The notes beneath the pieces are model-generated. The model had not been told where the DNA came from and did not search any database. It worked only from the letters and a program-made list of their open reading frames with translations. Shown piece by piece: positions 1 to 13,825 of a DNA stretch of 64,000 nucleotides (its first letter is position 1; each line of letters begins with the position of its first letter). The DNA comes from Aplysia californica. Lineage: Eukaryota. Location: NCBI RefSeq assembly GCF_000002075.1, contig NW_004797695.1, forward strand, positions 598,970 through 662,969. The letters are read 5' to 3'. A program made the position numbers and the translations under genes.

Positions 1-1049
1 ACCGCACAGATAACCGTTCTGAGCAGTGCCATAAGCGTTACAACCAGGTGTGCCGCATACCGAACTGGGATTGGAGACTCGACTCCTCAGTTCAATATCA
101 CTTTTCCTCTTCAGCTCCCTGTCCCTCTGAAAACGTTCCTTGGCATCTTCCAAGTAGTTCTTGATCATTTTCTGGTGGTTGGGGCTTCGTTTTTCCGAGA
201 GATTTGCGACGAGAACAAAATCCCGACCACTGCCTTGACTTCCTGCAAAAGAGGAGATAACTCTTGTGCTCTGCGTTATCTCATTGCCAACGCTTGGACG
301 TCGTGGTTTATCTCCTTTCCCACTTTTTCCAAGCTGTTTCAACTTTTTCCCCATGCTCTTTCCAATGCTACCAAACTGTTTAGCAACAGACTGCATTTGC
401 TGTGACATGCGAGCATCTTTCTTTTTATCCTCTTTCTTCTTGTCCTTGTCACGTAGGATGGCACCACTTTCGTCCGAGTCTTGTGAACCACATGAACCAC
501 GATCACTGTCACCGTTGAGGTCAGTGGTTCGAAAAGGGATGCGCTCAACTTCCATAAACTTTTGCAGCAGATTGATTCTGTCCTCCAGGCTAGGCTCCAG
601 GACCAAGTTTTTGCTCCAGTCTACATGAGGTCCTGGGTCCACATAAAAGTGCAGAGGCAACAACTTCAGTTCCGGATCCACAAGGGGAATGGCAGCTGCA
701 ATACAGAAAGACACTTAATATCAAATGTACTGCTGAAGGAAGAATCTGCTAGCACTAATCCCACAGAGCTTACGCTGATCTAATATACTGAAAAGTGTAC
801 AAGAGACCTCAATAAACTTTTTAAAAAGACCAGTAAAACAGAGTGTCAAAGTGTATCAAAGTAATAAAATACTTGCTGAGACTGGGAGAAGGTTATTACT
901 ATTACACATATGCAGTTTACAATGCTATTGCGTCAAAAGGGGGGGGGGGNNNNNNNNNNNNNNNNNNNNNNNNNNNNNNNNNNNNNNNNNNNNNNNNNNN
1001 NNNNNNNNNNNNNNNNNNNNNNNNNNNNNNNNNNNNNNNNNNNNNNNNN

Positions 1050-1144
<95 letters not shown>

Positions 1145-4100
1145 ATAGCCCGTGTTACGGCATCTGAACAATCTTTGTTAACAGCCAGAGGGGTTAATTA
1201 GTTAGCTCGCCTGTGTGTGTCAGGGTTTTTGGTCTCGTGTTCGCATCCGTGTCACTCACTCTACACACTGTGTTACATTACACACCGTGTTACTTTACAA
1301 GCTGTGTTAACACACTGACTGTCACGAAAAATGATCATGGCGGCTCCGTCGCTGGAAATCTTCACCTGTGTGTCTGTTTGTTTGTTTGTTTGTTTGTTTG
1401 TCTGTCACGTGCATGAGACAAGGCAAAAGCTACTCACGTTTTGTGTTTTTGCCTTGAATATCACAATGTACAATATACTCACTTCGTTTTTTTTACGGTT
1501 GGTTTGAGGACACCAATGGTTGATCCTCCTTCTCCTCATTCTCACCGCCCTCCTTACTCCTCCCCTTCCTCCTCTACCCCTTCCTTCTCCACCCCTTCCT
1601 CTTCCACCATTCCTCCTCCCCTTCCTACTCTTCTTCCGCTTCCCCTTCCTCATCCATCCCCTCCTTTCCTCCTCCTTCCCCATCATCCTTCTTCTCTCCT
1701 CTCCCTTCCCCTCATCCCCTCCACTTTCTTGATCCCTCCTTCTCCTCCTCTTCATCCTCCTATCTTTACTCTATAGTCGTCAACCAAAGACCTTATCTTC
1801 CCCATCATAATGAATCATGACCTTGTAGACTCCCTAATTTTTCTGTCAATATCTCCTACCTGTCCAGGACGACCAAGGAGCACAATGATTATCTTAGACA
1901 GGTGGTACTCTTGGACAGTGTGTTATAGAGATAACACAAGGAGGGGTTGGGGGGGGGGCAGATGGTCGTTATAGAGAAAACACAAGGGAGGAGAGGGAGG
2001 GGGGGGGGGGGGGGGGAAAGAGCACCTTAACCCATACAGGTAAGAGAACAAACAGAAATAACAGGAGAATAAAAAAGCAGAACCTACAAGAGGTACCCTC
2101 AGTCTACTTGTATTAGAATCTTCACATTGTGGTCGGATCACAGGTATATATATATATATATATATAGCAATGCCAATGAAAATTTGATTTTTCACTTTAG
2201 CCCTTTTTTATCTGGTACCTAATAAAGTTTTCAATCCTAAGATTTATGATTTTTTAATTAAAAGAATCAGTTCATAAATAAAAAAGTTATTGGGTTGCAA
2301 TGGTCGGCCAAATATGGATGACCCACATATAGGAAAATACTCCTAAAAGTTGACAGCGCAATAGCAGATTCTGTAAGAAAATAAACGATATCTTAGTAAT
2401 TAATAGTAGTGTTAGAAAGATACTTGGCTACCCGGTGTGTTTTTGGGTGGAGAAATCATTGCAGCAGTCAGATTTACTAAACATTTCGTAGTTATATTGT
2501 TATAATTAAAATTTTGGTTTACAAATTATGATTTTGCGAAAAAGAGGTGTCGGGATGAGAGAATTTTATTTATAGCATCTTATCAAAACATGGGAGTCTT
2601 AAAGAACATGTTGGAAGCGTGACTAAATAATCGCAAAGCTTTCTTTGATGACTTTAGACCATGCCAACCGTACAATTAAAAACTCTTTTTTCCCGTTGAA
2701 ACGCGAACACCCTGAGGCAAGATAAGCGCGCCTCGGAAAACCCCCATAGCGATGTAACAGGGGAACAGAGAGAAAAACAACCAGATGCGCGCACCCGCAA
2801 TTGCCCTATTTCAAGTGACCAATGAACGGGCTCGGAATAGTCATGTGGGGATTTGTAGGTCACATGCATTTGCCGCTGGAGGGAAGGGAAAATGGCTGGT
2901 CTCCGTGCGAAGCTGCTTTGGATAGGGGGGTAGTTGCGCATTTATGATCGGGTCTAAACAACTACTTGACACAGAACGTTCAAATTCGAGGACACTATAG
3001 AGGAAAGATAGACCTATTACATTCTCAGCGTTGAAAATCAAGCTCCTTATAGTTTTCGGTAAATCCGATATGAAAGTGTTCTTGACACCAAAAGCATAGG
3101 TAAATTTTAATTTATGTGTACGAACTTCAACATCCACATATCATTAGTTTGCCCTATTTTCAGATAGGTTGCCAAGTTTCATTCACATTGGTAAAGAAAT
3201 AGAGCAGACCAGGGCTGAGAAAGTTAGTCACTAGCGTTCCGACCCGTTCCAAAAATTCACCCACAAACGGAGACCAAAAGCAACATGTGGCAGCAGAATA
3301 TAATACACAACAATGCTAAATGAAAGCATGCTTCAGCAATACATCTGTTTATGAATTGGTTTGCCTATAAATTCATATGCAAGGATTATTTGCATATATA
3401 GCCACATGCTTAGAAAAACGAACTACACCCATAATTAGTTCTCACTTCAGCATGACAACAGTAAAAGAAGAGGTTTTACAATAAAATATAATTATCAAAA
3501 CTCCATAAAAGTTAAATATCTCAATGTAAACACTGGCTTACTTTTTTTTTGTATCCTTCAAAATAATAACATCAACCCTCCCTCAACCTCCTCCCTTCAT
3601 CCCCCTCCCCCATACAAGCCTGTCCCACAAAAGTAAAACTACCAGGAATTCCATTAAAAATTAATTCTAAAATGCTTTAAACATTATACAGACGTGAAAG
3701 AGGTTCTCTGAAAAATTTCCTGAAATTCTGAAGGGGCGTAGTCAGCGCACCAACACGGCGCAGCATCTGAGCATTGCCCCCCCCGGAAAAATTTTAAGCT
3801 TCTAAACAGCCATCTGGAGGCATTTTCAGCTTTGAAAAGTAAAATATCAGACCATGAGTTGGACCAATAACAAACCTGGAAGTTTAACAGGACTTTTGTG
3901 ATCCTGCTCCATCGGGCACAGGGCAGAGAAGTGAGCCGCATCATAGGTCAAAAGAAGAGGAGAGCGAAAGCACTTGGCCACTTCCATGGGCAGGTAGACA
4001 CCCGGGAAAGGAATAGGGGCCAGAGCTTCCCCACTCGAGTCGCGCAGGATGGCATCAGCCACAACGATGATTGGTCGCTGCAGCACATGTGCCAGTACAA

Positions 4101-7100
4101 ACACGTGGAACTCTTCCAAACTCTCATAGACCACACTCTCCTCACTTCTGTGTAAAGATAATCAAATTTTAAAACTTAATCATCCATTCTCAAAAGGCAG
4201 ATGAAAATAACAAGTTTTCAAGGCTCACGAAGAAGACAATACATGAGAGAACAACTTTTCTGTGCACTGCATAGCATTAGAGTTCATTATAGAAAACAAA
4301 AGAAATGAAATTTTGAGAAGAATACACATCCTGTAAAGGATTTCAAATTTGTGCATGCAATCAGTCAGAAAAGACCAGTTGTTAGGACTATTCAAATCCA
4401 TAGCAACAAGATCCAGGCGGAGAATACCATGGGGTACAAATGCAGACTAGAAAAAAGCCTGTTAGTTCCAACAGATGCCAAAGTGCTAAATAATGTTGGA
4501 ATTTTTTTTCTCACGGTTTTTAAACGCCAAAAACCAGGAAAATAGGGATTGAACATCCAGTCTTGTTTGATAAAGGTATTTAACTAAGGAGGGAAGATGT
4601 ATACACTGCAAATTCCATAAATTATTTTAGAGTTGAAAGTGAATGAGGAAAGGACCAGCCTGCACCTGCTCAATCTATAGCTAAACTTTGAAGAAATTCT
4701 GGTGGGTCAAAATAATTAAGAGTAATCTAAAAAAAATGGTATATGGCAGCCAGGAAGGTGAAGGATAAGATCTAAGAGGAAAAAACAGCTACATGAGTAA
4801 AATTCAGTCACAATGTGGGTAAAGAAACCCACAGTTAATTACCCAGGCCATCTAACAGGGCGAAAGCAGAGGAAAAAAAACAAAAGCATCAAAGTTTCTG
4901 TTCATCATCAGTCATTTACCCTTGAGTAACTGCACTGTCACAGCAGTTATTGGAGCGGGTGGGATCAGGGGCACCCCTTGGAAGAGGGGACGCCAGACGT
5001 AGGATGTTTTCCCATTCTTCACTCCACTCAGCTTCGCTGAAAACTAGTCCCGACTGCAGGAGAAGAAAGTTTATAAACAATCAACTTTTCACTCATTTTA
5101 GTAAATCAAAGAACATGAAACATCTTGCTCTGACTGGAATTGAGTTAAAAACTAGCAAGTTGGCACCAAAATGCTCATTTAGTACAGGGACGGGAGGGGA
5201 GCAAGAAACGTGACTGACAGTTTGAGTTCCCCGATCTTGGAATACTTCTCAGGTCATGATAAGGATAAATCCCAAATACCCTATATGAAATTTCAAATAA
5301 AAACTTTTTCTTTATCTCTTATTCTGTTCCTGCTAGTAAAAATTATTTGAAACAAAGACTTTTTTACTAATGATCCTGATCTGAACTATACAGTATTTAC
5401 AGAACTAAACAACCATAGATATAGTGCAACATACAAACCTCTTTATTGCTCATTGTCTGCTGGTATCGCCATCGTCTGTACAAAGCATTTTTGTAGTGGG
5501 CTTTGGTCAGTGTCTCATGGAGCTCCTTCCTTAGAATCAACTGCCTGTCATGAATGCCCCACATTGCTGCAAATGATTTTTTTAAAATATTATCAATGTT
5601 CTTCCAAGATAAAACGATAAAACTATACGTATTTTGCTCCCTTGCACAGCACAGGAAGACTACACATTCTTCACAATGCAATGTGGGATGTGCTGCAAAA
5701 CTAGTACTCTCTGCACCCGTACCACATACACTAGTGCTTTTGAACGATGGGTTACTTTAGTTTGAGGGGAAACACTAATATCCCAATTTTATCCAATCAA
5801 AACTTGTGCAAAAATTGTGGGCAAGTATCATATCTTGATTTTCATCAACTAAAACATTTCATTAGGAGTCTTTTGAATCACTCTGAGCCCCCAAGTTGAG
5901 GAGGAAGTTGAAAAGTGACGTTAATTCTAAGTTTCCGTTAACATTATATCGCCATTAGATCTACCATTTACTACATGTATTTCACTCTTTCTAACCCTGA
6001 GTTTGTGACTGATTTGAACATTATGGCTTCACACAGCGAAAAAGTAAAGCTTACTCAAGAGCAAAGCATTGATATAAATTGAAAACTACCTTCCATCACA
6101 CAATAATAGAGCGAAGGGAGAATAATAGTGGTAGATCTAGTGAACCACTGTTTGAATCTAGAACAGAAACATTTTCAACAAATAAATTCTGAAGAATTTG
6201 AATGGATTGAATGTTTTTTCTAATTTGAATGTAACATTCCCCTTCCAAAAATCAAAATTAGGACATATATCAACATGACATATTTAGCTTTCTCTGCTCC
6301 CCATGACCTCCTTCTAAAAAAATCTCCATCTTATTTCTTTATCTCTGAAGGGGATTTTCCCACAATGCCGGAGTCCTCTTTTGGTATGAAGCCTGAGAAT
6401 GACATACACATCACTAAATTGGTCAGTAAATCAAAGCACATGAACCTATTTTGATAGTTCTTCATCTAATGAAAGAACTTCTGGTAAGAGAGACCTTTTT
6501 TCTGCCACTGCAGAAAATTAATATAACATTTGCCATCTTAAAGAAACCTGAGCGAACTGCTGACAGCAGATCGTAGACACAGTGGCTCCAACTGCAAGCC
6601 TCTGAGAGTGGCTTGCGACAGATACAGAGTGGAACTGGTATACATAAGTGTTCAAGCAATATACAAACATAAGTGTTCTTACCAAGGGATGCAGCATGCA
6701 AGAGACAGTTTCCATCACCACTGGTAGCCATGGGGAGCAAGCGCTGACACAGTCGCAACTCTGCCCACCAATTGAGACGCCCTGAAAGTTTTAAAAATCA
6801 ACTGAGTTCTCATACTAATTCAAAGATCCAATCGTCCTCCAACAGTTACTATATATAATTTTGGGGTGTAGGGGGGTCAGGGAGGGATAGTTACTCTGTA
6901 TGGGGAAGGCCTGCCATGTCCTTTTCAGGACAGCCCTCTCTACATTGGTTCCCACCTGACGCTCAACTCTCACCTGTGGCTCCGCGAAGCTGCAGCATGC
7001 ACAGCGGCCACACCCCAGTAACCGCTTTGGCAGGCGGACTGAACCAGGTAGAGGGTAGCTGGTCAGGTTTCGAACCCACTAGTGAGTAAATTAGGGTCTG

Positions 7101-10100
7101 TCTCCTTACGCATGCAAATACTGGCTCCGCCGGACGCGCGGATAAAACCACTCGGTGGTTCAATGGGCAGAAAGGCAGTCCCAGCAGAGCGTCGCGGAGC
7201 GCGACAAGGGCACTGTGAGACAAGAAGACACTGCTGGCCATCCGCTGTATCCTGGCCTATCTTCGGCCGTCTCGATTTCGCCCTGCCACCGGAACTAGAT
7301 GGACAGGGACAAGAGAGTGAGGCTGACGACTTTGCGTAACTCTCCCTCACTTAAATCAAATTCAAGCGCAAGTCAAGACTTCATCATTGAAGAAACGCTT
7401 CAAAGATGCTCTGAAAGCATCCCTGATGAGTTGTGACATTCCCCATACCACCTGGGAAGAAGCTGCTCGCCTTCGCACAGTTTGGCGCTCCTTAATAAGA
7501 TCAGGAGTGGCCAAATTCGAAGAAAGTCGCGTCAGGAAGAAACAATGGAGATGGCAGCTGAGAAACGACAGAGAGAGCGTTACCTTCCAGCCTAGTTCAG
7601 CCCCAAACTTCCCCTGCCCCCACTGCAACAGACATTTCCGAGCAAACATCTGCCTGATTAGCCATCTCCTCACACACCCAACCCTTCAGTGATGTGAAGT
7701 TAAGGTCATCTTCGCCAGCGAAGGACGAACATCATCATAATTTTTTTTAATGCACCAAACTGATAGTTCACATATTAACTACTCTCTAAAGGTACTAACA
7801 GCGGTTTTGAAACTAAGTTATACGTGTGTCATCAATGTGCAATCAGACTCTCACCACACATCGATGTGGTTTAAAATTAGACTACCGGTATAGTAGGCAT
7901 GGCCACAATATATTTCCTGTTTGCTGCTCAGGGACCAGCCAGGCCAGTATGGCATATGCCATAAACACCATACAAAAAGTAAACACTGAAAAAAATTAAG
8001 GAAAATGACTATGTCTCACCTTATATTTCATTTTCAATGAAAGATGCAAAAACCCATTCAGCAATAATCCCACAACTCAAATGATTATTCTAGATGGATC
8101 ATAGACATTAAATAAATGAAATTAAAGTAGTACTGACACTATTGGTGCCACAGAAAAGATAACAAAACAAAAATGTTTTCAAGAACAACTGATTTTTTTT
8201 AAATCAACAAGAACACAACCCATTAATTTGTCAAAGCTTAACAAAGCAGTGTACAAAGCAAATCCAAATACAAGTCTAATCAGAAAAACAAAAAACCTAA
8301 TGCCGTAACATTTTACCTGCTTGCTCCAAAGACACTAGAGTTGAGGTCTCTACAAGTTCTTTCTCTAGAAAGGCCCTGAAGTCTTCGGTATAAGCTGTGA
8401 GGTCAGGTAGTACAAATGACTGAGTGTACATGTGGTCATGGCTGTCCTTCTTTATGTCTACTTGAACATTGTGGCGAGCTTCAGACACCAAACCTTCGTT
8501 CTCTAAAATGTTGGAAAAGCCACGCTTCAGACGAGGGTCTGTAAAGAAAAAACGATAACAAAGTAAATAAAAAATCCTAAAAACATTTTAATAACTTCAT
8601 ATGTAACTAAACTACACTTCGTATCACAATACTAAATTAAAAACTAAAAATGAGACAAATGTACGAACTAGAACTGAAAGCAGAGACAAATTATGTCCTT
8701 CAAAAAAAAACTGTTTAAACATTAAGGGTATAGCAAGCTCTTTCCAGGTTGAGGACACTATATTGGCCACGGGATGAATCTGTGGCTTCGGAAATAAAGT
8801 TCCCAAAAATGATGAGAGTGACCTAAAACCTTATTCTAAGTGAAAAGAAAATGTGTGATCTCTTGGGTCCTTAAGTCTAATAATATCATTATTTTTTATC
8901 TGCAACACATAAAACACAATTTGGTAAATATTATATGTACCTAACAATAGTTTAAATAAGCTTGTTTTTACAGAACTACATTAACCTTATGTTGCTGATG
9001 GAGGGGAGGTGTGGACAAGTCCATGAGATGAGGTGTCCCCCTTAAAAAAGGAGGACTTGGCAGCCCTTACATAAGGGGCGTGAAACAGAGGTAGCCTTTA
9101 GTTTCAAAAGAGGGAACAAAGCTTTAAGGTGCCTAACTCAGACCTGCCACTCTATGAAATCTAAAAAGCAGAATCTCAGGGGGGGGAAAATTCGGGATTA
9201 GGAGAAAACAAATCAGGATCAACAACAAATCACCAAAGTAACTGCCAAGCTGACTAAAAAATTTTGGGGGTGTCCATAAACATGTATATGCCCCGTGTGT
9301 TTGCGTGCGTGTGCGTTTGTGCGCATGTGTGTGTTTTATCATTATTTTTTTTTTAATCCAGAAGTATCATGTCAAGCACTCCTAGTTCAAGTGTTTAACA
9401 CCACACCCTCTACCCCATCCTTCCCCCCAAAGTCCCAAAAGACACTTCATCTTCAACAAGTATGCATAAACTTCAGTTGACCCCGTCAACGGACGGTCCC
9501 TGACATATGCACAACTCAAACGCCGAAGTCATGTCATGCGGTGCAAACGCGCGATTGAAACAGTTTTACTGATGGGTCTTGGTGACTGGCCCGACCAACC
9601 AGAGCTCGGACAAATCTTGTTTTTAAAGTAACTGCAGAACTATGAATAATCATTAATTTGTATGACACAATTGAAACAGCTGTCAGGCCATCATCAGAGA
9701 ATTCTGAGTGGAAACAAAAACAAAGGTAGATCTTGAGAATGTCCCAAGTTAGAATGCCAAATCGATACTACTTCCATTATAACTGAAATAACACAGGCGA
9801 GCAAAGTTCCAACGCAACTTGGGGTGAGTCAACTACTTAATCCAGCATCAATATTTAAGAAAATAGTGCTCCGAGTTCCTATGGACAAGAAGTTATCGGG
9901 TGCTTTCAGCAACAGAGATGAAGGCAGAGTAAGTTTTTTTTTAAATCCAGCACAACAGACAGAACAAAAAAATCGGGACATACATGATCGAAACCGCGAA
10001 AATCAGGATGCTTAAGATTTGGGGCAAAAAACCAGGCTATCCAGATTAAATCGGGATCAGTGACAGATCTGCTAACTAACCTACAATAGCACACATGAGC

Positions 10101-11398
10101 ATGTCCCTCTGTGGCACTGAAAAAAACCAGGATGAATCATTGAATTAATAATGTAACTAATAGCAATAACTTACAATAGTTAGTGGATGGAGGCTTCTTC
10201 ATACTTTTGTCATCAAAGACATCATCATTCTCTTGAAGCTCCAGGGCCTGTTCCTTGCTCATCGGAGGGGGCACCATGGAAGGGCGTGTCGGATAAACTA
10301 TTTCGTCAATGACAGAGCGTGCATGAGGATATGAAGGGCCTCCCCGTGAACCAGCAGGGTGACCACTGTATGTAGGCGATGGGGAGGGACTGGGAGATGG
10401 GCGGGAATTATCAACAGGAGAGCCAGCATACGAAGGCTTGTAAAGTCCAGAATTTGGTTGGACAGCATTGCCTTTACCGCCACCTTGAATCTGGATAGGT
10501 ATGATGCGTTCGTTTTTGTTTGCAGATGGTGGTAGTCTAACCGACAGGTGTGAATCATTGGAGACCGAGCGCATATCCTGAGGAAGGGAATTAGTTTTCT
10601 CTTGCAGAGGCATCACAACCACCATTCCAGTTGGGGCTGCCTTCTTGTCGAGGTTCACCGCAGCCCCACGCCCCATTTCAATTGCTCTGTGGTGAGGCGA
10701 ACTTGTGCTTTGTTGTTTATCATTTTCATCAAACTTGTGAGACTTATTGCGAGCTGATGAAATACACAATTCTTCAATTTCCCTGTAACTATCTGGAAGG
10801 CTCCATTTGTTTCCTGAAAAAAAAGAGGACACAACTTCACCATTCAAAAAGACAGATCCTTTACATTCAAAATATTTACTTATACCATTTTGCCAACAGG
10901 AAACAAACAATGAGAACTGGATAGCAATGGTTTAAAATAAATGGGTATTTTGGAGAAGTTCTTTAGGAGGAAAAAAAGGTGAAAAGAGTTATCACTGGGC
11001 AAAACAAATAGAAAGCAGAATGATGAAGTATTAACTTTCATTCATGGAAAACCTGTCAAGACCGTTTAAATCAGTAATCTATAAACTGAGTTTCTGCCCA
11101 TAATCCTCCATATATACAAACACCTGGCTCATGCAGATGGTGAGAAAGGAGTGTTTGTTATTCTAGTAAATACCTTTTGAAAGTACAAAATAATTTAAAC
11201 TCTGGCTTGAGAGCAACAACTTCATTGCAACTTTTAGATATTTTTTTACACAATTAAAAAAAAAAGGTTTCACATTAAAACAATATCAATTTAGAGGTGA
11301 AACTCACTGCTAAGAATATCCACAGCTTCACTCTTATCTGTTCCTGTATTTGTCATAAACTGCTCTATCTTCAAAGTTCTTTCTCTTTGCAAATCCAT
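1..11398 (-). CDS. OTUD7B: OTU domain-containing deubiquitinase, OTUD7A/OTUD7B (Cezanne) family; 3' end lies outside the window
   Basis: Coding exons on the minus strand: 11398-11308, 10813-10175, 8538-8317, 6781-6683, 5566-5439, 5053-4920, 4147-3876, 695-1 (open at the edge). All are GT-AG with matching phases, giving 760 codons. UBA-like N-terminus [29 protein letters not shown] motifs [21 protein letters not shown] (catalytic Cys), [36 protein letters not shown] (catalytic His) and [11 protein letters not shown]. An A20-type zinc finger begins at the window edge ([18 protein letters not shown]). In-frame stops lie upstream of the ATG. The A/B paralogue distinction may not apply in an invertebrate. 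Confidence 0.95.
1050..1143. repeat. (TATC)n microsatellite
   Basis: Perfect tetranucleotide array next to an N-gap. Confidence 0.95.
1525..1765. repeat. Polypyrimidine (CT-rich) low-complexity tract
   Basis: Almost pure C/T for about 240 bp. Confidence 0.85.
6863..7736 (+). mobile_element. Non-autonomous bipartite RTE element (5'UTR joined to the ORF 3' end)
   Basis: The 3' part encodes an RTE C-terminus ([12 protein letters not shown]...[13 protein letters not shown]...[10 protein letters not shown]...LISH) with a (CAT)n tail. The 5' part resembles RTE 5'UTRs (CTCTCACCTGTGGCTCC...CAGCGGCCACACCCC). ATAATTTT lies on both sides as a candidate TSD. Confidence 0.75.
9720..10075 (-). repeat. 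Dispersed repeat (probable DNA-transposon derivative), inverted copy at about 25950-26285
   Basis: 9752-9838 is the diverged reverse complement of 26192-26278. Confidence 0.6.
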
Positions 11399-12501
11399 GC
11401 CTGGACTGTATTGTCTTTGTCCTCATCACCACACAGCCTTGTCCTGAAAAATAGAATATAAAACGAATGTACAAAAGAGCGTGCAGAAAAGCCGTAATTT
11501 CAAAACAAACAATTCATTTTTTTTTTTCTGGAATTCTTTTATATGCTTTGTATTGACTGTTTCAGCCTCTTTCACATATTGACAAATAGTGCTGAACTTG
11601 CAGCATCAGTAACATAAGAAAACAAGAAGAACCATTAAAACAATTAGAACTAAAAAGCACAACAACAGAGCCTTCTATCAAACATGAATTGTTTTACAGA
11701 CCCTCTCCCCCCACCGCTCCATTTTTCCCCATGTAAGTAGCTATAGTGTGGTGAAAAATTTGGGACGCGACTTATCCTCAAATATCTCTTTGAACAGTGA
11801 ATCACTGTCACCCATACTTTGCACGGCTGATTGTATCAATTTGTCTTAACTTAATTATATTTAAATTCCACAACAATTGAGGCTGGATTTTTTAAAATCT
11901 TTTCTTCATGAATTTATATAAATTACTACAAATCTACGTCACGCAGAAAATGGGATTGTTCACAGCATTTCCCTCTTCTCATACACACACTTTGCATACG
12001 CTTATGGCCTACATCACAGTTCACCAATGACATTTTTTAGTTGCAAAACTTGTAACAAAAAATATTATAGTGGACACATTTTTTGCACTGAAGGTTCTCA
12101 AAACATGCGTTCAATAAACATAATGTCACCATTAGAACAAAAAATTATAGACTTGCTTTTAAAAGAGAATTGCCCCAGCTGTAAACCTTTTAAAATCTAT
12201 AGAAACCACCCACTTGGATTTGTAATTAGTATATATTAAAGTTCCTTTTGTTTAAGTAAATTGTTGGATTACTATTTATTATTACACCTAATTTCCCAAG
12301 TAACAATAATAACAATAGATTGCATTTATATAGCGCTCTATCCGATACTAGTATAAACTCTGAGCGCTTTACACCAATCACATAATCATTCACACAAGAA
12401 AAAATATTTCACAGAAACAAGAAAAACCAGTTCAACCCAATAAGAAGAACTTTCACAACTATACTACACGAAAGGAACATAAATATATATATATATATAT
12501 A

Positions 12502-13333
12502 CAGTCAAACCTGTGTAAGATGGCCACCCATTGTCAAGGAGAAAAGTGGCCGTATAAGACAGGTGGCCGTCTCAGGCAGGACTGATCAAGATAAAGAAAG
12601 CAAACCATTCCCATCATTCTGAGGCCCCAATCGAAAGTGGCCGCATTGTTGTTGATTTTGTTGTTGTTGTTGTTGTTAATGTTGTGTTGTTGTTGTTGGT
12701 TTGTATTTTGTTTGTAAGTTTTATTTTTTTGCTGATTTTGCGCAAGAGTGACAATAAAACTAAATGTATCAGACGAGGAAGACCGAGTGCCATGTTAAAA
12801 CAAACACATGGGTGGCCACCACTCGGAGAACGAGCGACGCTTCTGTCACAAGTTCATATTGTTACTTTGTTACAGACTGGGTAAACAGTGACCACTCATC
12901 TCACTTACGATTTGTGTATGAGTTCTGGGCGGGGCTTATGGGGGTATGGGGGATCACACACTTACTTCACCAGCAGCTGAAAATTGGTACCTATTGGTCA
13001 ACAGTGGGAGGGGCCTATGCAACATGATCCGTTGGAGGGACTACCTAACAACAAAGACAGGTGATTGAATTATGACGGCTCGCTCTCAACGCCAGGGCCG
13101 AATGCACAATTTATGACAAAACGTAATGGAGTCACTAAGGTGGCCGTCTAAGACAGGTGTTATTGCTTAGTGTGATAGGAGTTGTGTGTTAAAATATGGT
13201 GGCCGCAGCCGCGTTGGACAGGTGGCCGTTTTACACAGTTAAATTATATAGAAAAAATGCAAGGGGGGAAATGAAAAGTGGCCGTTTGTACAGGTGGCCG
13301 TCTTATAGAGGTGGCCGTCAGGGCAGGTTCAAC
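12502..13333. mobile_element. pogo/Tigger-type MITE
   Basis: TA|CAGTCAAACCTG left end with repeated GGTGGCCGTCT subterminal motifs. The right TIR (CAGGTTCAAC) runs into an N-gap. Related pieces are at 17960-18039 and 58714-58810. Confidence 0.7.
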
Positions 13334-13489
13334 NNNNNNNNNNNNNNNNNNNNNNNNNNNNNNNNNNNNNNNNNNNNNNNNNNNNNNNNNNNNNNNNNNN
13401 NNNNNNNNNNNNNNNNNNNNNNNNNNNNNNNNNTATATTTCACACACACAAGTATATTAAAAAATCAGAACTTACTAACACACTATAAC

Positions 13490-13825
13490 TAACAATGAAA
13501 CAAAGCCGGCTTTCGTGCTGGGGGGGAACTGAGTACTTATGGACCTGTCCGGTGTGCAATGACGTTGTTGCCCAGGACAGTTAATACAGGTAATACAAAT
13601 GAGTCTTGAGCAATAGTTTAAACCTATCAAAATTTGTTGTTTCTCTGACATCCTGAGGCAAGGTGTTCCAGATTTTTGGGTAAAAAAATGAGAAACTTTT
13701 CTCACCAAAAGATCGTAATTTCATTCTAGGGGCTCTGAATTTTGCTGCACCAGTGGATGACCGTAATTGACGAGATGGAACATACAGAGTGAAAAGCTCA
13801 GATAGATAGGATGGTGCTAATACAA
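13490..13825 (-). mobile_element. L2/CR1-clade LINE 3' fragment
   Basis: APSYLSELFTLYVPSRQLRSS...FGEKSFSFFYPKIWNTLP...FKLLLKTHLY is the typical L2 ORF2 C-terminus. Confidence 0.8.

Noticed and set aside
175-628. Plus-strand ORFs of 76 and 120 aa
   Set aside because: They are antisense to the OTUD7 coding exon.
1405-1776. Arg/Gly-rich and Pro-rich ORFs
   Set aside because: They are products of a polypyrimidine low-complexity tract.
10137-10910. 257-aa ORF as a stand-alone gene
   Set aside because: It is OTUD7 coding exon 2 (10813-10175) plus intron read-through.
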